The position numbers were made by a program, and so were the translations under genes. Positions 1 through 6,604 of a DNA stretch of 32,000 bases are shown piece after piece. The notes beneath the pieces are model-generated. The model worked only from the letters and a program-made list of their open reading frames with translations. It was not told the origin of the DNA and did no database searches. Source of the stretch: Lachnospiraceae bacterium (GTDB lineage Bacteria > Bacillota > Clostridia > Lachnospirales > Lachnospiraceae). How positions within the stretch are numbered: the first letter of the stretch is position 1; the number at the start of each line of letters is the position of its first letter. Where the stretch lies: NCBI GenBank assembly GCA_015057505.1, contig SVEG01000002.1:147910-179909 (forward strand). Reading direction: 5' to 3'.

Positions 1-55
1 TGTGTAACAACTCACCTAACTTAGAAGCACTTAAAAGTTCATCAAATTTCATCAT
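1..55 (-). CDS. 5' end of an unidentified gene that runs off the left edge (MMKFDELLSASKLGELLH...)
   Basis: ATG at 55 on the complement strand, 5 nt downstream of an AAGGAAGGGG Shine-Dalgarno-like run (61-70). The frame is open to the window edge, and only ~18 codons are visible. Confidence 0.3.
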   Translation of the reverse strand, partial: MMKFDELLSASKLGELLH

Positions 56-209
56 GAACACCCCTTCCTTAATTTCTACGTATAGTATATCATGTATTTT
101 CAAATTTTACTATATCTTTTTGCTTGGCTTTGCATTTTTCTTTTGCGCCGTCAGGTCCGTGTCTGCATAAGCCGCATGTAAGGCACAGTGCGGTAAAATG
201 CGAAACAAG

Positions 210-283
210 AAAAAATTAGATTTGACGCGCTCACAGAAAAAGGAAGCGACTTCGAAGCAGGCATTTACTTTTTCTGGCGCGTC
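210..283 (-). terminator. Candidate intrinsic terminator for the nucleotidyltransferase/pcrA transcript (the long hairpin of repeat copy A read on the minus strand)
   Basis: On the minus strand the 224-283 hairpin is followed by AAATCTAATTTTTT (223-210). The U-run is separated from the stem by about 8 nt, so this is not a textbook terminator. Confidence 0.4.
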
Positions 284-377
284 ACTGACAGAACCACAAG
301 TAGCACAACGTGCTACGACAGACGTGTGAGCGGCTGGGTTCTGGAAGTGTACCTTTTGCTCGACAACTTGGAATTTG
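224..377 (+). repeat. Copy A of a ~150-nt hairpin-rich repeat, in inverted orientation relative to copy B at 1037-1181
   Basis: It aligns by eye along its whole length with the reverse complement of 1037-1181. It contains a long hairpin GACGCGC...GCGCGTC (224-283), a short hairpin AGCAC-AAC-GTGCT (302-314), a CAGACG..GCGGCTG hairpin (~320-336) and a shared AACTTGGAATTTG tail. Confidence 0.75.
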
Positions 378-387
378 TTTACTTGCT

Positions 388-1017
388 TCACGGACAATTT
401 ACTTCGTCCAACTTCTCTATCAATTCACACAAAATAGCGAAGTATTCTAATGGTAATTGATACTGTTCATTAAAGACTTTCAAAAGGTCAACAATGCTAT
501 TCCTATAACTTGCTTTATCAATAAAGATATTACAATTATTAAATATAGCCACCTCGTTTGCTACGCTTACACCTATATCCTGTTTGCCCGATAAGAACTT
601 AATCAAACTCCGATGAAACAAACGAGATATTTGATAGTGCATATCGTCTCTTAAAGAAAAATCTTTACATAGTTTTTCATTTCTACTGTAATGGTATAAC
701 TTAATATCATCAGTATGGAAGAATTCACTATCTGTAATATCTATTTTTTCGATTATTTCCAAATCTACAGCTACGCCATCTTCATAGATAACGATAAGTA
801 TGCCCAACGGTTTATGTGTAAATGATATATACACAGGTTTTCCATAACCATAAATCAGTTCTTTCAAACTTTCAATGTTACAAAAAGCACTTATATCTAC
901 ATCAGAAAACACTGTAGCAGTTCCATTCAAAAACGAACCACTTAACCAAATGTGGCTTTTATTTTCTTCCGCAAATCGCTTAACATATTCAATATACTTT
1001 TGCTGATTGCTCTTCAT
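388..1017 (-). CDS. Pol-beta superfamily nucleotidyltransferase-domain protein, 209 aa. The two-domain architecture resembles KNTase/Lnu/ANT-type nucleotidyltransferases.
   Basis: N-terminal motif LSGSFLNGTATVFSDVDISAF matches G[SG]-x(9-13)-DxD, followed by a helical C-terminal half. GAGGT lies 12 nt upstream of the ATG. The substrate cannot be assigned from sequence alone. Confidence 0.7.
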   Translation of the reverse strand: MKSNQQKYIEYVKRFAEENKSHIWLSGSFLNGTATVFSDVDISAFCNIESLKELIYGYGKPVYISFTHKPLGILIVIYEDGVAVDLEIIEKIDITDSEFFHTDDIKLYHYSRNEKLCKDFSLRDDMHYQISRLFHRSLIKFLSGKQDIGVSVANEVAIFNNCNIFIDKASYRNSIVDLLKVFNEQYQLPLEYFAILCELIEKLDEVNCP

Positions 1018-1036
1018 ATGATAATTTTTACCTCGT

Positions 1037-1181
1037 CAAATTCAAGTTTATCTACCTCTTTCACCTCCAAAATCCAGCCGCTTCGCGTCTGCCGTGCTCC
1101 GCACTTTTGATTTTGTCGGTATCGCGCCAGGAAAAGTAAATACTTGCTTCGCAAGTGCTTCCTTTTCCCTTGAGCGCGATA
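1037..1181 (-). repeat. Copy B of the ~150-nt hairpin-rich repeat. It starts 3 nt after the pcrA stop and forms the 5' UTR of the nucleotidyltransferase gene.
   Basis: Long hairpin TATCGCGC...GCGCGATA (1120-1181) with an inner ACTTGC-GAA-GCAAGT. Short hairpin GTGC-GGA-GCAC (1094-1104, minus-strand sense). CAGACGC-GAA-GCGGCTG hairpin. Tail AACTTGAATTTG. Confidence 0.75.
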
Positions 1182-1183
1182 TA

Positions 1184-3448
1184 CTATAGTTTTTTTAGCT
1201 TTGCAAATGACGCAAATAATTTCTTCACGCCAGCGGTATCGAAATTCACGGTTACCTCGTAATCCCTGCCGCCTTCTACAATAGCTGTTACCATTCCGAC
1301 ACCGAACTTGACGTGGCTTACTGTATCGCCGACCTCATAATCAAGTGCAGCGGCTTTTGTAACAGTAAACTGCTTGGTTTCGTAGGGCTTTCTGTAAAAT
1401 GCATTACGAGCCTCGTTACCGATTGGTGCTGTGGATTCTCCCACAGAACCCGATAATATAAATTTGTCAGTATAACCCCTGTTCTCGGCAGATGCCTGTG
1501 GTCGCTTAGTAATCTTCTCCTCTGCATCTGTAAGATGCGCCGGAACCTCACGAAGGAAACGTGACATCATGTTAAATCTTGTCTCGCCCCTAAGTATTCT
1601 CTGCTTAGCATATGACAGTGTCAAATGCTCTTGTGCACGCGTAATTCCCACATAGCAAAGTCTTCTCTCTTCCTCAATTTCCGCTGTCGCATCTTCTGCA
1701 TTTATTGACATGGAGCTGGGAAACAGCCCTTCTTCAAGACCGCACAGATATACGCAAGGGAATTCAAGTCCTTTGGCACTGTGAAGTGTCATAAGAGTAA
1801 CTCTGTTCTCGGAATCTTCCAGACTATCTATATCAGCAATTAACGATACTTCTTCAAGGAACCCGAACAATGTCGGTTCCTCTGCAGTCTCCTCGTATTC
1901 TTTTATCTTGGTTATCAATTCGTCGATATTCTCGATACGTGCCTCTGCCTCATCACTCATATCAGCCTGAAGCTCGATAAGATATCCTGACTCTTCAACA
2001 ATCGCTTTTGCAAGCTCAGTAAGCGACAAGCTCGCTTTCCTCGCTTTGATTCCCTCTATAAGCTCCACAAAAGGCTTAAGCTTCGCTGCCGCCTTCTTTA
2101 ACGTATCAATCTGTTCTGCCTCTCTAAGCGCCTCATAAAAACTGATATCATGTCGGACCGCATAATCCTGCACTCGTTCTATCGTCGTAGCACCAATGCC
2201 ACGTTTGGGCACATTGATAATACGCCTTACCGCCAAATCATCCCTGCCGCCGTCAACCGTCTTAAGGTATGCGAGAATATCCTTGATTTCTTTACGCTGA
2301 TAGAAGTTAACACCACCGACAAGCTTGTACGGCAGATTCGCCCTTACACACTGCTCCTCTATCGTACGTGACTGTGCATTGGTTCTGTAAAGCACCGCAA
2401 AATCACTGTACGGTCTGAGTTCCTCTCGCACATATTTTTTAATATCGTTAACGATTCGCTCTGCTTCCTCGTATCCATTATTACATGTAAAAATCGCCAG
2501 CTTGTCGCCGTCTTCCTTCTCCGTCCAAAGCGTCTTATCCTTTCTGCCGGAATTATTACGGATAACGCCGTTGGCAGCATTAAGAATATTGGCGGTTGAA
2601 CGGTAATTCTGCTCAAGTCTTATTACCTTTGCGCCCGGATAAGCCTTCTCGAAGTCAAGAATATTGCGGATGTTAGCGCCTCTGAATTTGTAAATTGACT
2701 GGTCATCGTCACCTACCACGCAGAGGTTCTTATATTTTCTGGCAAGGAGCTCAATAAGCTTAAACTGCACTGTATTCGTATCCTGGTACTCGTCAACCAT
2801 TATGTACTTAAAACGATCCTGATAATAGTCAAGCACATCCTCATTATGCAAAAACAAATCCACAGTCTTACAAATCAAATCGTCAAAATCCATGGCATTG
2901 TTTTTCTTAAGTTGCTTCTGATATTCCCTGTAAACCTCCGCAACTTTACGCTTGATAAAATCACCGCCGGCATTTATCTCAAACTCATCCGGCATAATCA
3001 TCTCATCCTTAGCTTTGGAAATCATACCGAGAATAGCTTTCTCACTTAAATGCTTGGTATCAATCTCCATACGCTTACAGATATCCTTCATAAGTGACTT
3101 CTGATCGTCCGTATCATAAATCGTAAAGTTTGTATCAAAACCGAGTCTGTCCGCATATCTTCTTAAAATCCTTACACAGCTTGAATGGAACGTACTTACC
3201 CAGATACTCTCCGCGCCAAAGCTAACAAGTCTGTCAACACGGTCGCGCATCTCGCCTGCAGCCTTATTGGTAAAAGTAATCGCCATGATGTTCCACGGAT
3301 TTACACCCATTTCTTCAATCAAATACGTGATTCTATATGTTAAAACTCGGGTTTTCCCCGAGCCTGCCCCTGCCAGTATCAGAAGCGGCCCTTCTGTATG
3401 AAGGACCGCAGCTTTTTGCATGGCATTCAATTGTTCATAAATGCTCAT
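1184..3448 (-). CDS. pcrA: ATP-dependent DNA helicase PcrA (UvrD/Rep superfamily 1A)
   Basis: Walker A AGAGSGKTRVLT, motif II VDEYQDTN, and TFHS, QNYRS and TLMTLHSAKGLEF motifs. The C-terminal Tudor-like tail (GDTVSHVKFGVGMV) is typical of PcrA. 754 aa. AGGAAG RBS 8 nt upstream. Confidence 0.95.
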   Translation of the reverse strand: MSIYEQLNAMQKAAVLHTEGPLLILAGAGSGKTRVLTYRITYLIEEMGVNPWNIMAITFTNKAAGEMRDRVDRLVSFGAESIWVSTFHSSCVRILRRYADRLGFDTNFTIYDTDDQKSLMKDICKRMEIDTKHLSEKAILGMISKAKDEMIMPDEFEINAGGDFIKRKVAEVYREYQKQLKKNNAMDFDDLICKTVDLFLHNEDVLDYYQDRFKYIMVDEYQDTNTVQFKLIELLARKYKNLCVVGDDDQSIYKFRGANIRNILDFEKAYPGAKVIRLEQNYRSTANILNAANGVIRNNSGRKDKTLWTEKEDGDKLAIFTCNNGYEEAERIVNDIKKYVREELRPYSDFAVLYRTNAQSRTIEEQCVRANLPYKLVGGVNFYQRKEIKDILAYLKTVDGGRDDLAVRRIINVPKRGIGATTIERVQDYAVRHDISFYEALREAEQIDTLKKAAAKLKPFVELIEGIKARKASLSLTELAKAIVEESGYLIELQADMSDEAEARIENIDELITKIKEYEETAEEPTLFGFLEEVSLIADIDSLEDSENRVTLMTLHSAKGLEFPCVYLCGLEEGLFPSSMSINAEDATAEIEEERRLCYVGITRAQEHLTLSYAKQRILRGETRFNMMSRFLREVPAHLTDAEEKITKRPQASAENRGYTDKFILSGSVGESTAPIGNEARNAFYRKPYETKQFTVTKAAALDYEVGDTVSHVKFGVGMVTAIVEGGRDYEVTVNFDTAGVKKLFASFAKLKKL

Positions 3449-3466
3449 ATAATATTCTTCCTAACT

Positions 3467-4444
3467 TTAAACTAATTTGTTACCGCAGTTCGGGCAGAAA
3501 TTAGCCCCTGTAGTCTTGGTTCCGCAATTCGGACAGAAATTAGGCATTGTGCCTGTTGTTCCCTGCTGCGCTACGCCTGCATTCTGGTTGCCTGACATCT
3601 GATTAACCATCTGCTGACCCATCATCATACCCATCTGCATACCTGCCATATTCTGCGCCATGTTGCCCATGGAGGAATTGCCACCCTGAGCTGTCATGGA
3701 ATCAATCATGGAAACATTCTGATAAAGGTTCATATCACCCACCATACTGTGTGAAGCAACCTTCTTAATCATAGCCTGAATCTCTGCCGGATAGCTTGCG
3801 TTCTGGATTGTAAAATCAGTAATTGTAATACCAATCTTGGTCATCTCCATATCAAGGTCTTCTCTGATACCCTTGGCAATCTCGTCAGAGTTAGCCATGA
3901 TATTGGCAAGGTCCTTACCTTCCTTAACAATCCACTTCATAAGGAGCTGGTCAACCTTGGCCATAACTCTCTCTTTAACATCATCTACTGTAAATGTGCT
4001 CTTAATTCCTGCAATCTTATCAATAAGTGTCTGATGATCACCAATCTTACAACTGAATGTACCAAAAGCTCTTAAAGGAAGTCCTCCCGGAAGATTAAGC
4101 TGCGGTGCCGGAATGTTAATCTCATTCTTGGTTCCCCACTTAATCGTAACTTCCTTAGTATTAACAAAGAGAACCTCTGCTCTCATACCGCTGTTAAAAC
4201 CGAATTTAAAACCCTTAAGTGTTGAAAGGAAAGGAATAATATCTGACTCAATATCAAAATTACCTTCCTCACGGAACACACCTTCAACCTTGCCGTTATA
4301 CATAAAAATTGCATCCTGTCCGGCACGGATAATAAGGCGGCTACCCTTCTTAATCTCGTCGTTATTCCACTTCCAGAATAATATGTCGTCGCGGTATTCT
4401 TCCCACTCTACCACATTTGAAAACTGATTACTGAAAAATCCCAT
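3467..4444 (-). CDS. ydjI: SPFH-domain protein of the B. subtilis YdjI type, with a Met/Gln/Gly-rich linker and a C-terminal double zinc ribbon
   Basis: The N-terminus NVVEWEEYRDDILFWKWNNDEIKKGSRLIIRAGQDAIF and the segment LSTLKGFKFGFNSGMRAEVLFVNTKE match my recollection of YdjI. The C-terminus is FCPNCGTKTTGANFCPNCGNKL. GGAGG RBS 9 nt upstream. Confidence 0.8.
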   Translation of the reverse strand: MGFFSNQFSNVVEWEEYRDDILFWKWNNDEIKKGSRLIIRAGQDAIFMYNGKVEGVFREEGNFDIESDIIPFLSTLKGFKFGFNSGMRAEVLFVNTKEVTIKWGTKNEINIPAPQLNLPGGLPLRAFGTFSCKIGDHQTLIDKIAGIKSTFTVDDVKERVMAKVDQLLMKWIVKEGKDLANIMANSDEIAKGIREDLDMEMTKIGITITDFTIQNASYPAEIQAMIKKVASHSMVGDMNLYQNVSMIDSMTAQGGNSSMGNMAQNMAGMQMGMMMGQQMVNQMSGNQNAGVAQQGTTGTMPNFCPNCGTKTTGANFCPNCGNKLV

Positions 4445-4467
4445 AATTTAATTCCTCCTCGTTGTAT

Positions 4468-4854
4468 TTATAATTGTGCTTCAAGCTCCTGTATTTCATT
4501 AAGGAGCCCTTCTTTTTCTTTGCTAAGGTTTTCGGCCTTCAAAGCTGCCTGCTCATATTCCTGCTGCAAACGTTTAAGCTTCTCCTCAAGAGCAAACTTC
4601 TTGGCAAGATACTCTCTCGCATCATCATCGGCTTTTGCAAGAACGGCCTTCTCGGCATACCTCTGAAGCTTCTCTAGCTCATTGGTACATTCAACAAGCT
4701 CTCTTTGCTTTCTGCCTGCCATGGCTGCCATAGCCTCTGCATTGGCGCTGACCTCGCTCAAATATTTCTTAGTGTTGCGCAGATACTTCTCCTGTGCCTT
4801 CTTAAGTTCGACACTTCCGTTAAGTCTGCTTATAAGATTGGCAAAAAAGCCCAT
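4468..4854 (-). CDS. Short PspA/IM30-family coiled-coil protein, 128 aa (about half the usual length)
   Basis: It starts MGFFANLISRLNG, like PspA MGIFSRF. Heptad-rich sequence includes AKADDDAREYLAKKFALEEKLKRLQQEY, resembling the PspA REDLARAAL..K segment. I chose the ATG at 4854 (GGAGA 8 nt upstream) over the GTG at 4860. Confidence 0.65.
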   Translation of the reverse strand: MGFFANLISRLNGSVELKKAQEKYLRNTKKYLSEVSANAEAMAAMAGRKQRELVECTNELEKLQRYAEKAVLAKADDDAREYLAKKFALEEKLKRLQQEYEQAALKAENLSKEKEGLLNEIQELEAQL

Positions 4855-4890
4855 ATCCACATCTCCTTTTCTAAGAAATACTCATTTATA

Positions 4891-4930
4891 CATTATAAAA
4901 CATCGCGTAACAAAAGTCACGCGATTTTTA
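4891..4930 (-). terminator. Intrinsic terminator, usable in both directions, downstream of the 109-aa gene
   Basis: Hairpin ATCGCGT...ACGCGAT (4902-4925), flanked by an A-run (4897-4900) and a T-run (4926-4930). Confidence 0.6.
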
Positions 4931-4961
4931 TATTATTATTCAATTATGCCTACACTTCATG

Positions 4962-5291
4962 CTATGCACAGCTTCTTCCGCTCATGCGGTAACGTGGTCC
5001 CCGATTGTAATAGGTCTGACGTTGTTTTTTATTATCAATAAGCTCCTCTATCTTTTCCGAGTACTCTTTTGTATGCTGTCCACTGTTTATCCTCAACAAT
5101 GAAATAAGCAGATAAAGAGACAAATCCCTTGGTATCCGCTTATCTAAAGAATACTGTATTAATAATTTGGCCTGCTTCACACTTTTAAGGTGAGTATGAG
5201 CCTGTGAAAAGTCATAAAGAGAATTGTGGAGGATTATTCCGTCATCCGCCTTATAAATTTTGAAATGTTTACGTTGGTAAATCTGATACAT
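4962..5291 (-). CDS. Hypothetical small basic protein, 109 aa
   Basis: ORF with a GGGAGTG RBS 7-8 nt upstream of the ATG, followed by its own terminator. I recognised no motif. Confidence 0.55.
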   Translation of the reverse strand: MYQIYQRKHFKIYKADDGIILHNSLYDFSQAHTHLKSVKQAKLLIQYSLDKRIPRDLSLYLLISLLRINSGQHTKEYSEKIEELIDNKKQRQTYYNRGPRYRMSGRSCA

Positions 5292-5539
5292 CTAATCACA
5301 CTCCCGAGACATTATTCATTTCACTATTATCATACCCAATTTTCAACAAAATTGCAACTAATATTCATGGTATTATCGTACTATTTTCTGTATTTTCTTA
5401 TTATTCTCCGTATTTATTCGAATATATTTTTGTGATTATTTGAACTTTTTGTATATTTTATATTCATTTGTTATTTCATCTCTGCACAAAAAAATATCTG
5501 CTCCATATATTATAACTGTATATTATTCCGGAGGTTATT

Positions 5540-6550
5540 ATGAAACGCAGATTATTTGTATTATGTTTGATTTCATGCTTCTTACTTTCATTTTTTCTTA
5601 CAGGCTGTAAAAAAGACGAGGACGGTCTTACAGCCGTAACCTTAAACGAGGTGGCACATTCTATTTTTTATGCACCCCAGTATGTTGCCATCGAACTTGG
5701 TTACTTTGAAGAAGAAGGTATCGATATTACTCTTGTAAACGGTGGCGGTGCAGACAAGGTTATGACCGCCCTTATTTCAGGTGATGCACAGATAGGTTTT
5801 ATGGGCTCTGAAGCTTCTATTTATGTATATGCCGAAGGCTCCGCAGACTATGCAGTTAACTTCGCACAGCTTACCCAACGTGCAGGCAACTTCCTCGTAG
5901 GTAGAACACCTGTTAACGATTTTAAATGGACTGACCTGAAAGGTACAACGGTGCTTGGCGGCCGTGCAGGCGGAATGCCTCAAATGGTATTTGAATATAT
6001 CCTTAAGAAAAACGGTATTGATCCTGCCAAAGACCTCACCATTATTCAAAACATCAACTTTGGTCTTACCGCCGGTGCTTTTTCGGCAGGTCAGGGTGAC
6101 TACTCCGTAGAATTTGAGCCATTTGCAACCTCTCTTGAATCAGAGGGCAAGGGCCATGTTATAGCTTCTCTCGGTGTTGACAGCGGTTATGTTCCGTACA
6201 CTGCATACTGTGCAAAGAAAAGCTATCTTGAAAAAAATCCTGATATCATTCAGAACTTTACCGATGCCATCCAAAAGGGTATAAATTACGTAAACTCTCA
6301 CACATCCGAAGAGATTGCAAAAGTAATTTCTCCACAGTTCGCAGAGACCTCCCTTGAAAACCTGACAACGATTATTGATCGCTACAAAGTGCAGGATACA
6401 TGGAAGGAAGACACTATCTTTGAAGAAGCAAGTTTTGACTTATTGCAAGATATTTTGATTGAAGCAGGTGAACTTGAAAAAAAAGTACCGTATTCTGAGC
6501 TTGTAATCACAAAATATTCTCAAAAAGCTCTTTCTTCCGAAGTTAAATAG
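5540..6550 (+). CDS. ABC-transporter substrate-binding lipoprotein, NMT1/THI5 (SsuA/TauA-like) family
   Basis: Signal peptide plus lipobox LTGC. The sequence LNEVAHSIFYAPQYVAIELGYFEEEGIDI is typical of the NMT1/THI5-like solute-binding fold. GGAGG RBS. Confidence 0.8.
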   Translation: MKRRLFVLCLISCFLLSFFLTGCKKDEDGLTAVTLNEVAHSIFYAPQYVAIELGYFEEEGIDITLVNGGGADKVMTALISGDAQIGFMGSEASIYVYAEGSADYAVNFAQLTQRAGNFLVGRTPVNDFKWTDLKGTTVLGGRAGGMPQMVFEYILKKNGIDPAKDLTIIQNINFGLTAGAFSAGQGDYSVEFEPFATSLESEGKGHVIASLGVDSGYVPYTAYCAKKSYLEKNPDIIQNFTDAIQKGINYVNSHTSEEIAKVISPQFAETSLENLTTIIDRYKVQDTWKEDTIFEEASFDLLQDILIEAGELEKKVPYSELVITKYSQKALSSEVK

Positions 6551-6604
6551 TGATATAATAATTAATAAAGTTATACAATATTCAGATTTATCGAGGTACG
6601 TAGG

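Noticed and set aside
110-397. 95-aa ORF on the minus strand, overlapping the 3' end of the nucleotidyltransferase gene by 10 nt
   Set aside because: Most of the ORF is the antisense of repeat copy A, which is non-coding in its other copy. It has no convincing RBS, and the Cys/His-rich composition looks like a read-through of GC-rich hairpin DNA.
200-1200. Target-site duplication or IS-like terminal sequence that would prove the repeat-flanked NTase block is a transposable cassette
   Set aside because: The flanks just outside 224 and 1181 (…TTAGATTT and TACTATAG…) share no direct repeat. No transposase lies in the window, so mobility remains a hypothesis only.
5292-5539. Possible TPP (THI-box) riboswitch upstream of the THI5/NMT1-like binding protein
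   Set aside because: I found no CUGAGA or ACCUGAUCUGGAUAAUGCCAGCG-like core. The region is simply AT-rich promoter-like DNA.
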